IMG/VR virus record: IMGVR_UViG_3300032205_000001
Coordinates: 108,218 to 172,217 of that record
From: a virus
Lineage: Duplodnaviria; Heunggongvirae; Uroviricota; Caudoviricetes
DNA length: 64,000 nt
Direction: 5' to 3' (one strand)
Part shown: piece after piece, positions 50,272 through 60,568 of the stretch
How the letters are laid out: each line of letters begins with the position of its first letter
How positions within the stretch are numbered: position 1 is the stretch's first letter
Position numbers and translations under genes: made by a program
The notes under the pieces: generated by a model
Told to the model about the DNA's origin: nothing
The model's input: the letters and a program-made list of their open reading frames with translations, nothing else
The model's database searches: none

Positions 50272-51584
50272 TGTCCAGGTCGTGGATCGATCCAGCAACA
50301 ATTCTTGCGCCAGGCAAGGCTGCGAAGCTGTTGTCCGAGATTGCTGCTGACAAGACAGCTGTTTTGCCCTCTCAGGCCCCAGGTCTGGCGGTCCAAAACG
50401 CTCCAGTTGCTCCGGCTGCTGATGTTGGCCAGGGTGCGCGCGGTAGCGCTCCGCCGCCTCAGATCGGAGTTCCGCCACCACCTGCAGCACCTGTTTCTCC
50501 AGCTGCTCCAAAGCCGATTCAGTTCCAGCAGGTTCCTCGTATGACGGAACTGCCTGGCCAAGAGCCCAGCTTGGCAGCAAGGGCACGCCCAGATCTTCCG
50601 ACGGCAGCGGAACGCCACCAGGGCTTCGTCGGTTCGTATAGCGATCCTCAGGCGATGAACAAGAGCCTGCGCCAACACGGCAAGGGCAGCTTGAATGTCG
50701 TATTTCATGGGCAGCTAGCAAATGGCGGTGGATACATCGCCAAGCCGCATGAAGGAATCGGGCATCGAGATCGCTTCCGTCCAGACGAAGCGCAGCGAAT
50801 GAATGATGAGACTTTTCAGTCTCTCAAGAACGATGCGCCTGCAAACGCCGAGCGTCACAACGCCACCTACGATTTGATGTCGGCAATGGGGGCTCATCAC
50901 ATGGTTGCGCCTGGAATGCAGGCGAACATGCATGGTGCTCATCAGTTCAAGGGCGCTTCGCCGGACGAGATGGACACGGACGAAAAGCGTCTGACGATGG
51001 CGAAGCACCATGCCGGTGGCCTCGCTCACGTTCAAGAATTCATCCCGGATACCACGCCGGTAAACCAGGCGTCCCCAGAACAATTAAACCAAGTCGACTC
51101 CGAGCACAGGCTACACGGACTCGTTAGTCATCTCCTGATGGGAAACGGAGACGCTCACAGCGCCAACGTTTTGCTCCATAAATCTGGTCACCCGGTTCTG
51201 ATCGACCACGACATTACCTTGGGTTCATCGCAAGCACAGGCATATAAAGAACATTTTGGAAAACCGTCGATTCGGTCGGTATTTGCGCCGGGCGGCGCGC
51301 TTGACTATCAAGCCAAAATGCCTAAGGATGCTAATGGTCAGCCGATGCCTGTTGGAACCAATTACCCGCCGAGAATGGCCGAAGTCCTGAATAGGGCAGC
51401 GGAGGGGTATTATTCCAAGGGTCCAGGCGCTCTCAATTTGTCACCGCAGGACCATGCCGTCTTGCAGCAGAACGCGCGTGACTTGCTTTCTCACGGCCTT
51501 GAGGGCACGCTGAGTCGCCGGCATGACATTGATGCCGAGCAGCGCGCCAAGAAGGCGGAGAAGGTAGCCAGGCTGAAGAAATGA
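50271..51584 (+). CDS. HipA/PI3-4K-like kinase with Pro/Ala-rich N terminus
   Basis: YIAKP; ATYDLMSAMG; HLLMGNGDAHSANVLL; LIDHD. Confidence 0.75.
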   Translation: MSRSWIDPATILAPGKAAKLLSEIAADKTAVLPSQAPGLAVQNAPVAPAADVGQGARGSAPPPQIGVPPPPAAPVSPAAPKPIQFQQVPRMTELPGQEPSLAARARPDLPTAAERHQGFVGSYSDPQAMNKSLRQHGKGSLNVVFHGQLANGGGYIAKPHEGIGHRDRFRPDEAQRMNDETFQSLKNDAPANAERHNATYDLMSAMGAHHMVAPGMQANMHGAHQFKGASPDEMDTDEKRLTMAKHHAGGLAHVQEFIPDTTPVNQASPEQLNQVDSEHRLHGLVSHLLMGNGDAHSANVLLHKSGHPVLIDHDITLGSSQAQAYKEHFGKPSIRSVFAPGGALDYQAKMPKDANGQPMPVGTNYPPRMAEVLNRAAEGYYSKGPGALNLSPQDHAVLQQNARDLLSHGLEGTLSRRHDIDAEQRAKKAEKVARLKK

Positions 51585-51880
51585 AGGTTCTCTTCGTCTC
51601 AAGTCAGGGTCGAACCAGGGCAGTCGTCTGGCAGAAGGATGTCGACATCGTCTTGGCTCGCGTCTGGTACGACAACAAGACGACCGAGGACAAGATCTGC
51701 GATTCCGACACCTTGTATGATGCGATTGATGAATGGGGCGGGCTCTATTCAGCTGTTCATATCGCAGAGGTGGATGACTTGCGCAGCGCGTTCAAGTACC
51801 TTGGCAAGGCTTCGGATCTAGCCGAGACTTTGCCCGAGGTCAGCGCGTATGAAATCCAGCCCATTGCCACAGCTCCGTAG
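51581..51880 (+). CDS. hypothetical protein
   Basis: 99-aa ORF. Confidence 0.65.
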   Translation: MKVLFVSSQGRTRAVVWQKDVDIVLARVWYDNKTTEDKICDSDTLYDAIDEWGGLYSAVHIAEVDDLRSAFKYLGKASDLAETLPEVSAYEIQPIATAP

Positions 51881-53189
51881 TGTTTTTGGGCCACTAGCGC
51901 AGAATCCGCCACAACGTAACAGTCAGCCAGCAGAAGAGCCGGCCGAGATTGATACGTCAGGCGTGCCGGATGTTCTTCCGGCTGAGGCAGTCTTCCATCC
52001 GAAGACCGAGGTTGAGCTGATTCCGGCATGCCGTATCGATGGCTCGGAGCGGAACGCGCCCTGGAATTTTGCAGAGCCGCAGGTCTGGAACTGGCTCCGA
52101 ACGACTCCGATCGAGCATATCGACGAACAGATGCTCGACGGCACAAGGGGAACGTTCTTGGCCTGGTGTCGGAACGACGACAACGAGCTACGTGGAACCC
52201 TCCTTCGTTTCGATACGGTTGGGTTCGACAAGATTTATGAGCTATGGGGCGACGAGTACACGTTGACCGTCGAAGCTCACGACCCACTTCGTCGTGAGCA
52301 GGCCGCCTACGAAGTTGCAAAGGCGATGGGATGTGAAGACATCGTTCCGCCGATCGCAGCTCGTGAGGTCAACCTTGTTCCTCTCATCTCTGATGCAGTA
52401 CGAGACAAGGTAGCCGCCCAGTACAACATGGATCCGCTTCTCGTCGACGAGACGTTTGGCGTTGTGGCGGCGCTTCAGCTTCTTCCTCTCAACGCTACGA
52501 ACTTCATCGAGTACTGGGCGACGTTGGGAGCTGATTCGGTCAACCGCTATAGCAGGGCGTCCGATGCTCTTCGTCACAGCATCTACAGAGCCATCGCATT
52601 GGATTTCGTTCTCGGCACCGGGAATCGTTCGCTCGCTGATTTCATGCACAACGAAGCAAATGACACCGTTGTCATGTACGGCATGGGCATAACGTTTCCG
52701 AGTCCTGTTGGGATCGCAGATAGCTATCTGAACCAGAGGTCCATTGGATGGGAACGCGAGCTTCCTGCGCCCACTCAGGATCCGATTCCTGGAGTTCCAC
52801 CATCGAGCGTGGACACGGTGTGGCTCAGCCGTGAATTCAGGAACAAAGAGATCGAAGAGTGCATGATGACCTTTCAGCAGATGAGCAAGGCCATGCAGCC
52901 GGAGGTCATATACCTGCTTATTCAAGCACTTGAGGACATCGGTGTACCGCCAGACAATGTGGCCGGATTCGTTGCTAGAGTTGCTTTTCTCCAGGAAGAT
53001 CCAGAGTCTGTGATTGCTAACCAGTTCGATTTTATTCGAAGCATTCTGGTTCCAATGCGCAGAGGGTACGGCTTCGACCAGGGCCGCAACGCCAAGATCG
53101 TGCAGATCGTCAACGACACCATGACGCAAGCGACTGGAGTGCCTTATGATTTCGTATCCAGCATGCAAGCGCAGACCGAACAGGAATGA
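51849..53189 (+). CDS. HipA/PI3K-like kinase-fold protein, probably degenerate
   Basis: EQAAYEVAKAMGCEDIVPP; DFVLGTGNRSLADF. Confidence 0.6.
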   Translation: MKSSPLPQLRSVFGPLAQNPPQRNSQPAEEPAEIDTSGVPDVLPAEAVFHPKTEVELIPACRIDGSERNAPWNFAEPQVWNWLRTTPIEHIDEQMLDGTRGTFLAWCRNDDNELRGTLLRFDTVGFDKIYELWGDEYTLTVEAHDPLRREQAAYEVAKAMGCEDIVPPIAAREVNLVPLISDAVRDKVAAQYNMDPLLVDETFGVVAALQLLPLNATNFIEYWATLGADSVNRYSRASDALRHSIYRAIALDFVLGTGNRSLADFMHNEANDTVVMYGMGITFPSPVGIADSYLNQRSIGWERELPAPTQDPIPGVPPSSVDTVWLSREFRNKEIEECMMTFQQMSKAMQPEVIYLLIQALEDIGVPPDNVAGFVARVAFLQEDPESVIANQFDFIRSILVPMRRGYGFDQGRNAKIVQIVNDTMTQATGVPYDFVSSMQAQTEQE

Positions 53190-53306
53190 CGCAAACACTT
53201 GCGCGGTAGTGTCCATGGCTACGATTTGAGGTGAATCGCGATTCCCGCTAAGATCTGGATAGTTCCATGTCGGATCTCCGACTTTACTGGGGACATTCAG
53301 AGAGGA

Positions 53307-54056
53307 ATGGCGATGTCTGATACCACCCGGCGTCCTCCAATTCGGCCAATCAGTCGAGAGCCAAAGCGCGTGGCGGCTTCGCTGCAGGAGTGCCGTTGTT
53401 TTGACGAGGTTGATCGTCGGCTCAGGATTGGATGGGGGTCGCCAGATCTTGCGAAGTTCATCCAGGAAGAGAGCCAAGAGCTGACCGAGCTGAGCACTAA
53501 CTACGTGCGCAAGATGATCGACGAATATCGCAAGACCATTCCGCCGGCTGAGCTGCTACTGACGACGCAGAATACGATCGTTGCTTCGAACGCAGCCAAG
53601 AAGTTCTCGAACGGCATGGAGGAGCTGGAGAAGCTCGACGAGCTGTACAACCTCCAGATGGAGCGCATCAAGATTGATGTCGCCAACGAGAAGAAGATCA
53701 ACAAGCTGTTTCCATCGACGGGACGCGAAGTCTTCTATGCGATGAAGATCATCCATCAGACGTCGCAGCTCAAGATGGATCTTGGTATTGCCAAACGACA
53801 GCTGGGAGAAGTCTCTGTCTCTGGCACTGCAGCCGTTCAGATCGGTGCCCGGTACGACGACAACGTTGGCCGCGTGATGGCTGACCCCGATGGCCGTCGC
53901 AAGGTGCTTGGAATGGTAGAGGCGCTGATGACGCTTGGGTCCAAGGTCAGCATCGACGCCTCGGAGATCGTGAAGAATGCGGCTGCCGCATACGCCGGGG
54001 AAGACATTCCTGACGACGACATTATCGATGTGCCATCTACGCCGGAAGCTGAGTAG
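53307..54056 (+). CDS. probable terminase small subunit
   Basis: Helical protein directly upstream of TerL; position-based inference. Confidence 0.5.
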   Translation: MAMSDTTRRPPIRPISREPKRVAASLQECRCFDEVDRRLRIGWGSPDLAKFIQEESQELTELSTNYVRKMIDEYRKTIPPAELLLTTQNTIVASNAAKKFSNGMEELEKLDELYNLQMERIKIDVANEKKINKLFPSTGREVFYAMKIIHQTSQLKMDLGIAKRQLGEVSVSGTAAVQIGARYDDNVGRVMADPDGRRKVLGMVEALMTLGSKVSIDASEIVKNAAAAYAGEDIPDDDIIDVPSTPEAE

Positions 54057-54058
54057 TT

Positions 54059-56077
54059 ATGGCGATCAAAGATCTCGGAGGGCGTGTTCGCAGCGAGCAG
54101 ACCTCAGACGAAATCGTCCGTATGCTCAAGGCGAATTTTGCGAGCCTTTCGCCAGCAGAGCAACAAGCTGTGATGCTCTGCCTTCAGGAGTTAAACGATC
54201 CGGCATTCAACGAACTTGAAGAGAAGGAAGGCGTTGCGCCGACCAGAATCTACGATGTTCTCACCGAAGCTGAGTACGCCCACAAGCCGGTGGACATCGA
54301 GACGTTCGTTCGCGATCCGTATTACCTCGGAAAGACCTGCGACGCCCTCTATCCGAAGCTGATGGATGACATGAAAGAACTATTCTCGGGCAGCTACCGA
54401 GAAATGATTCTTTCGGGGTCTATTGGTTGGGGAAAGAGCTTCTTTGCGTCGATTGCAGCATGCCGAATCATCTACGAGCTGTCTTGCATGCGCGACCCGC
54501 ACAAGAGCTTCGGCATCGGTAAGGGAACCGATATTACATTCGTCGTTCTCTCGGTTCAGGAAGACCTCGCCATCAAGGTCGCGTTTGAGAACATTGCAAA
54601 CAAGATCAAGGAGAGCGACTACTTCAAGGAGAATTTCGCGTTCAAGCCGCTCAAGAAGGAGATCATTTTCCCCAATCACATCCAGGTGGCCGCTCGTGCG
54701 TCGACAGACAGCGCAGCACTTGGTTTGAACGTCTTCTCGGCATGGATCGACGAGGGTAACTTCCTCGCTCCGATGCGCAAGAAGGGCGGCATCGAAAGTC
54801 GCATGGGCCTCACCGATCGCGCCCAGTTCCTGTACAGCCAGCTCATTCGTCGTATGAAGTCGCGCTTCCAGCGCCACGGCAAGTTGCCAGGCATGATGAT
54901 CGTAGTTTCTTCAAAGCAGACACACGACGACTTCACGGCCAAGCGCATTCGTGAATCGAAGGACGATCCGACTCTGTTCGTGAGGGACTACGCGACGTGG
55001 CACACCAAGCCAGAGGGTACGTACTCTAGTGAGACGTTCCAGGTGTTGGTAGGAAACAGCCTCGTTCCGTCGAAGGTTCTTACCCCAGAGGAGGTCGAGC
55101 CCACCAGGGCCAAGCTCCAGGACGGGATGATTATCATCGACGTACCGATCGACTTCAAACATGACTTCGTCAACGACTGCGAGAACGCAATCCGCGACGT
55201 TGCCGGCGTTGAAACCGTCTCGGTTTCTCCATTCATTCAACAGCGCGACAAGATCGTTCCCTGTATCGACATCAACAGAAAGCATCCATTTACTGTTGAT
55301 GAATGGGTTCAGACGCTAGGCGGCGATTTCATCTGGACGATGCTTGCAAGGCAGGTCGATCAGCGGGATGGAGCCGAGGTCATCAGGACGTGGCAGCCGC
55401 TCTATTTCCCAGGCTACGCACGCCACGTTCACATCGATCCGTCTCTCAATGGAGACGCGACAGGAATCGCAGTTGGATGCGTGACGGGCTACAAGAACGT
55501 GATGCGTCGTGATGAAGCGACGCAAGAGCAATACGTCGAGCGAGCCCCAGACATCTGGGTTGATTTCATGCTTCGAATCAAGCCGCCAATCGGCGGCGAG
55601 ATCGACCAGGGATTAGTAAGGGCGCTTGTCTACAAGCTGCAGGCGCATGGTTTCTACATTGCGCTGGCGACGATGGATCAGTTCAATAGCGCCTCAACTC
55701 TGCAGAAGTTCGCTGCGAAGTCGATGACAGCTGAACGTATCTCGGTTGATAAGCCGATGGATGCCTACGACTTGTTGAAGTCTGCCATCTATGAAGGTCG
55801 GATCAGCTTCTACAACTACAAGCCGTTGTTGGAGGAGTTGGGATGGATCCAGAAGGACAACATCCGCAACAAGGTCGACCACCCTCAGAACAAGAGCAAG
55901 GACGTCGCCGACGCTCTGGCCGGCATTACCTTCTCGTTGACGACGATGTATCACGGCACCCCTATGGGCGTGTTAAAAGGGGTGTCTCAGCACTCTGATC
56001 CAATACTTGAAGCCCAGCGTCAGGCAGTGGAAGATGAGCCGGCCGAGATCGAAATTCTTCCATTCTTGCAAGGATGA
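54059..56077 (+). CDS. terL: terminase large subunit
   Basis: SGSIGWGKS, WIDEG, VVSS, HIDPS, DVADA. Confidence 0.9.
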   Translation: MAIKDLGGRVRSEQTSDEIVRMLKANFASLSPAEQQAVMLCLQELNDPAFNELEEKEGVAPTRIYDVLTEAEYAHKPVDIETFVRDPYYLGKTCDALYPKLMDDMKELFSGSYREMILSGSIGWGKSFFASIAACRIIYELSCMRDPHKSFGIGKGTDITFVVLSVQEDLAIKVAFENIANKIKESDYFKENFAFKPLKKEIIFPNHIQVAARASTDSAALGLNVFSAWIDEGNFLAPMRKKGGIESRMGLTDRAQFLYSQLIRRMKSRFQRHGKLPGMMIVVSSKQTHDDFTAKRIRESKDDPTLFVRDYATWHTKPEGTYSSETFQVLVGNSLVPSKVLTPEEVEPTRAKLQDGMIIIDVPIDFKHDFVNDCENAIRDVAGVETVSVSPFIQQRDKIVPCIDINRKHPFTVDEWVQTLGGDFIWTMLARQVDQRDGAEVIRTWQPLYFPGYARHVHIDPSLNGDATGIAVGCVTGYKNVMRRDEATQEQYVERAPDIWVDFMLRIKPPIGGEIDQGLVRALVYKLQAHGFYIALATMDQFNSASTLQKFAAKSMTAERISVDKPMDAYDLLKSAIYEGRISFYNYKPLLEELGWIQKDNIRNKVDHPQNKSKDVADALAGITFSLTTMYHGTPMGVLKGVSQHSDPILEAQRQAVEDEPAEIEILPFLQG

Positions 56078-56841
56078 CCATGGCTGCCCATAAGAAGCGG
56101 AAGAAAAAGAAGCAGTATAGGTCAGTATTTCCAATACTATACCCATCTAGGCTGGGTACTCCGTATGGTTATCGCCCAGGATCTACGAACGAATTTGGTG
56201 GAAAGGGTGCTTCGCCTGGCGCTTCTGGCTCCAATGGCGGTTATGGCGCCGGGGTGATGCCTGGTGGCTCTGGCGGATCTGGAACTGGTGGCACCGGAGG
56301 TGGTGGGACCGGCGGGGTCGGAGAGTCACGCGGGATCAAGCCAAGCCGTGCTCGCGTTCTTCATGAGATGCGGAAGGCCATGGGATGTACGACCGGAAAT
56401 GACCGACCCAATTTCGGAGGCGACGCATTTCCGTCGAGTCCTCTCGTTGAGTATTTCGGCGATGGCCCGCAGGTCGCTTTCGGCGGCTATTCAGTCCCCA
56501 ATTGGTCAATGGTTGGAATGAGAGGCGGCGGCCCTGTTATCGGCGGCCCAGGCTTCTATCACGATGGCCACGGAGAAGGCGGTAAGTACAACTTTCAGAA
56601 GTCGCCTGGTCTCGGTTTCAGAACTGAGCAAGCCTGGAAGATCTGGGACAAGGCGCTTGAGCTGATGAAGTCGGAACCTCAGCTCACAAAGGAATCGATT
56701 CTCATGCGGGCGATGGCGAAATCCGGCGTCTATCGCGGGTCGATAGATCCAGCAGAGATTCGTCTTCTGGAGATGGGAATCGATTGGTATCTGAGCGATG
56801 CCGGTCAGTACACGAATCGTCGGGACGTCTTCTACACGTAA
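56074..56841 (+). CDS. Gly-rich hypothetical protein
   Basis: 255 aa, low-complexity G/S/T tract. Confidence 0.7.
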   Translation: MTMAAHKKRKKKKQYRSVFPILYPSRLGTPYGYRPGSTNEFGGKGASPGASGSNGGYGAGVMPGGSGGSGTGGTGGGGTGGVGESRGIKPSRARVLHEMRKAMGCTTGNDRPNFGGDAFPSSPLVEYFGDGPQVAFGGYSVPNWSMVGMRGGGPVIGGPGFYHDGHGEGGKYNFQKSPGLGFRTEQAWKIWDKALELMKSEPQLTKESILMRAMAKSGVYRGSIDPAEIRLLEMGIDWYLSDAGQYTNRRDVFYT

Positions 56842-56847
56842 GTATTC

Positions 56848-57114
56848 ATGAAAATACAATCAGAACTGAAGAACGACCCGGCCCAGGCCTTTGGAGACGC
56901 TCCAGAGGAGGAGTACACGTTCCTTCTGGTGCCCGTTGCGGTGTACTCAATGGTGTCGCAGATCGCACGACGGGATCAATGTTCGGTTGGAGAGGTGTTC
57001 CAAAGAGCGCTTCTGCAGTATGTTCAGGCCGCTGATTCGGCCGCTAAGCGGCCACAAGATCGACAGCAGATGGGAAGGCCAGAGCCAGCCATTGTTGTCA
57101 AAAAGAGGAGATAA
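56848..57114 (+). CDS. hypothetical protein, RHH-like
   Basis: 88-aa ORF. Confidence 0.6.
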   Translation: MKIQSELKNDPAQAFGDAPEEEYTFLLVPVAVYSMVSQIARRDQCSVGEVFQRALLQYVQAADSAAKRPQDRQQMGRPEPAIVVKKRR

Positions 57115-57116
57115 CG

Positions 57117-57542
57117 ATGTGGCAGACGGTTCTTGAAAATCTGATTCCGACGATCTTCATCATCATCACGCCGCCCCTGGCGCTATTTGTGGGCAAGCTG
57201 TTCCATAAGCTGGCCGTGAAGTGGCATATGGAGAGCGCCCTGGCCTACGAAGACAAGGTCGACGACCTTGTTATCAAGGGCATCCAAGCTGTTGAGCAGA
57301 AGAGCCTGGCTGCCGCCAAGAAAGGTGGAGAGCCAACGCCGAACGAGAAGAAGCTCGACGATGCGATGAAGTTCGTGAACGCACAGCTAGCTGCTCTCAA
57401 GTTGCCTGAGAAGGCTGCCAATGAGCTGTCTATGTTGGTTGAGTCGCACCTCTTCACTGGGGCCAAAGACCAGCCAGCCCCTGCTCCAGCTCCGCTGCCG
57501 CCAGCTGACGTAACACCAACTGACGTAAAGCCAGCATCTTGA
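57117..57542 (+). CDS. LL-H-type holin-like protein
   Basis: N-terminal TM, then IQAVEQ...KKLDDAMKFV...IESH-like pattern. Confidence 0.6.
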   Translation: MWQTVLENLIPTIFIIITPPLALFVGKLFHKLAVKWHMESALAYEDKVDDLVIKGIQAVEQKSLAAAKKGGEPTPNEKKLDDAMKFVNAQLAALKLPEKAANELSMLVESHLFTGAKDQPAPAPAPLPPADVTPTDVKPAS

Positions 57543-57556
57543 GGTAGGATCCGCCC

Positions 57557-57880
57557 ATGCCACTCGCGCCTGCATTTCCGCCTCCGCTGCCGAGCAACAT
57601 CAAGTCGATCCGGTTCTATGCGACCGGAACGGCTACCGGCGCGTTTACTGGCAACGAATTCGCCTTCCAGCGTGTTGACCCAGCAGATCCAGCGGTGCCG
57701 GAACAGGGTTGGTCGTACACGATCCAGATCACGGCAACCTCAGCGAATATTGAGTTCTCGTTCGATGGAACCAATGTTCACGGCATCGTCTTGGCTGGAA
57801 AGACGAACCAGTACCAGAAGCGTCACGAGGGTGGTATTGCGGTTCGTGGCTCGGGCACGTTTTACGTAGAAGCCTGGTAG
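57557..57880 (+). CDS. hypothetical protein, possibly virion
   Basis: Beta-rich 107 aa; SD GAGG. Confidence 0.7.
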   Translation: MPLAPAFPPPLPSNIKSIRFYATGTATGAFTGNEFAFQRVDPADPAVPEQGWSYTIQITATSANIEFSFDGTNVHGIVLAGKTNQYQKRHEGGIAVRGSGTFYVEAW

Positions 57881-57913
57881 GTTAGTCAAGATCCTTGTGG
57901 TAGTGTCCTCGCT

Positions 57914-58273
57914 ATGTCTGAGGAGGACTCTACGAAAAAGGCCGCTGATTCCGTTGATACGGACTGCGGCCTTTCCTTTTATGACGAACTTGCCGAGAAA
58001 CAAGGCATTTCCGTAAAAGCCGAGAGATCACCACTAGAAGACGCAATCCTTCAGCAGGCTTTGGCTTTTCAAAAAACCAAAGCAGCGAAGCGGGCAGACC
58101 GTCCCCAACAAGGACCATCTCCATCCGACTTCGGTGATCACGAGCCCATTCCACTCGATACGATCTGCATTGTCCCTGTGTTCGCCACAGGCGAGAGCGT
58201 CGTCGAAAACGTTCCCGAGACCGTAGAAGAACTGGAACAAGATCTCAAAGAAAGGAGAACGGCCGATGGTTGA
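57914..58273 (+). CDS. hypothetical protein
   Basis: 119-aa acidic ORF. Confidence 0.65.
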   Translation: MSEEDSTKKAADSVDTDCGLSFYDELAEKQGISVKAERSPLEDAILQQALAFQKTKAAKRADRPQQGPSPSDFGDHEPIPLDTICIVPVFATGESVVENVPETVEELEQDLKERRTADG

Positions 58274-58376
58274 GTTCACCATTCCGCGAAAGCGCATGCT
58301 TCGCCCTGTTCGTCGCTGCAAGTCGGGCTGCATAGGATAGCCGGGCCTGCAAAGGACCCGGCTTAACCATCAACAG

Positions 58377-58673
58377 ATGATGACCTTGATCTGCTTCATC
58401 CTTGCTTGCTACGGCGTCACCAACATCGTGACGGGCGGGAAGATTTTTCAATGGCTCCGAGATCTGCTCAAACCAGTCCCGGTCCTTGGCTACTGGATCA
58501 AGTGTCCGATGTGCATTTCAGTTCCGGTCGGAGTTGGGTGGTATCTGCTCGGACTTCGGCCGGAACTGGATGCGTCTTACTGGGTTTCTGCTGCGGCATG
58601 CGGGATGATTTCAAGCGGATCTTGTTGGATTTTCCGAGTGGTGCTGTTCCGCTTGGGAGAGGATGAACTGTAA
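58377..58673 (+). CDS. DUF1360-like membrane protein
   Basis: TM segments, IF..LRD, CPMC. Confidence 0.65.
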   Translation: MMTLICFILACYGVTNIVTGGKIFQWLRDLLKPVPVLGYWIKCPMCISVPVGVGWYLLGLRPELDASYWVSAAACGMISSGSCWIFRVVLFRLGEDEL

Positions 58674-60490
58674 TGGGCTTCTGGGGCGACATTGGATACC
58701 GAGTTCGCGGGCTGCTCCGTTATGACAAGGAGCAGGTTGTCCTAAGCCTGGCCAAGGGTGGAACTGCCTCTGGTTATCCAGCGACTGGTTTCGATCTGCT
58801 TCAGGCCTACGGCCAGGACATCCTCAGCGACTACCTCAAGCTCGAACACGACCTGATGTCCAGGTACGTCGACTACGAGGAGATGGACGATTACCCTGAG
58901 CTAGCCAGCGCGATCGACATCTACGCAGATGACGCCACTCAGGTTGAGTCGCTACAGAACAAGGTCGTTTGGGTAGACAGCCCAGACAAGACGGTTCAGT
59001 CGATTCTTGAGGAAATGCTCTGGAAGCGCTGCCGTGTTGACGAGGAAGTTTGGGAGATGACCCGGACGCTCGTGAAGTACGGCAACGACTACGAGGAGCT
59101 TCTCGTTACCGGCGATGGTCTCGTCGGATTCAACTTCTTGCCTCCGCCGACCATGCGCCGCATTGAGGGTCGCCGAGGTGAGTTGTTTGGTTTCGTCCAG
59201 GACTTCAAGGGACGCTTTGGATACTCGCCAGAGGAATTCAAGCAGCTGCTGGCTCAACGTGCCGGTGGCGGCAATACGCCGAATTACAAATACGCTGCCC
59301 TAGAGGACTGGGAGGTTGCTCACCTTCGTTTGCGTTCGAAGCATCGCCGCTCGATCTACGGGTACTCAGTTCTTGAACCGGCTCGTTGGATCTGGAAGCG
59401 ACTGATGCTGCTTGAGGATGCTGCGATGGTGTATCGCCTGCAGCGCGCTCCTCAGCGTTACGCCTTCTATATCGACGTCGGTGACATGCCGCCGAAGGAA
59501 GCAATGGGCTTCCTGCATAAGATGCGGCAGCAGTACAAAAAGACGAAGTTCTACAATCCGCAGACCGGCAAGCTGGATCTAAAATACAACCCGCTTTCCG
59601 TCGACGAAGACTTCTTTGTCCCCGTGCGCAAGGGCGTTCAGGCGACGAAGATTGACGTTGTTGGATCGCCCTCCTGGCAACACATGGAGGACATCGAGTA
59701 CTTCAAGTTGAAGCTCTATGCGGCGATTAAAGTGCCCAAGGTCTACCTTGGATCTGAGGCGCCTCGCGCTAAGGGTGTGCTTTCACAGGAAGATGTACGC
59801 TTCGCCAGAACTGTCCTTCGTATTCAACGCGAAGTGAGGAACGGCATCAAGAAGATGTGCCGCGTCCACCTGGCGGCCCTTGGAATCAATCCGGCGCAGG
59901 TTGAATTCGAGGTCTATATGACCGTGCCCAGCTCGATCTTTGAGCTGGCACAAATGGAGGTCCGTAATGCCAAGGCGGACTTTGCTGGCCGCATGAGCCA
60001 GTTCGTCTCCTTGCACTGGATTCTCCAGAAAGTCTTTGGACTTAGCGAAGAGGAGATCGAGTACATCATCAAGGAGCGCCACGAAGAGCAGCTCGCTGAT
60101 GCTGAGATCCAAGCGAAGGCGATGGGCCTCACCATGGACGTTCAAAACAAGGCCGCTCTACACCAGCAGGCGGCGTCGGCTGAGATTCAAAATCAGCAGG
60201 CTCAACAGATGGCAGCCGCGCAACCGAATACCGCCAAGGCGGAGGAACTGCGCAAGCACTTACGTCATGCTGGAAGCATGTCTCATACATGGCCACTAAT
60301 GAGACAGCGCCTTGGCTATCGCCCGATATCCGAACAAGAGCTGTATCACGGCAATCGTGAGCACGAGAAATTGGTCGGCGACAATCTCGACAAGATTTTG
60401 GCGTCCAATACCGGATTTGCTAGAAGACTCGAAGAGTTGGGGCAGCTCGTGAACGAAATCAAACTGAGCATGCCGCGCAACCAGTATTAG
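58673..60490 (+). CDS. portal protein (T4 gp20-like)
   Basis: LLEDAAMVYRLQRAPQRYAFYIDVGDMP...EDFFVP...DIEYFK.KLYAA.KVP. Confidence 0.93.
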   Translation: MGFWGDIGYRVRGLLRYDKEQVVLSLAKGGTASGYPATGFDLLQAYGQDILSDYLKLEHDLMSRYVDYEEMDDYPELASAIDIYADDATQVESLQNKVVWVDSPDKTVQSILEEMLWKRCRVDEEVWEMTRTLVKYGNDYEELLVTGDGLVGFNFLPPPTMRRIEGRRGELFGFVQDFKGRFGYSPEEFKQLLAQRAGGGNTPNYKYAALEDWEVAHLRLRSKHRRSIYGYSVLEPARWIWKRLMLLEDAAMVYRLQRAPQRYAFYIDVGDMPPKEAMGFLHKMRQQYKKTKFYNPQTGKLDLKYNPLSVDEDFFVPVRKGVQATKIDVVGSPSWQHMEDIEYFKLKLYAAIKVPKVYLGSEAPRAKGVLSQEDVRFARTVLRIQREVRNGIKKMCRVHLAALGINPAQVEFEVYMTVPSSIFELAQMEVRNAKADFAGRMSQFVSLHWILQKVFGLSEEEIEYIIKERHEEQLADAEIQAKAMGLTMDVQNKAALHQQAASAEIQNQQAQQMAAAQPNTAKAEELRKHLRHAGSMSHTWPLMRQRLGYRPISEQELYHGNREHEKLVGDNLDKILASNTGFARRLEELGQLVNEIKLSMPRNQY

Positions 60491-60568
60491 TTGGTAATCA
60501 GATCTGCGCGTGCTTGACACACGCGATCGATTAAACCAGTATCCCTTCAAGCAAAGGCTTGGGGATCG

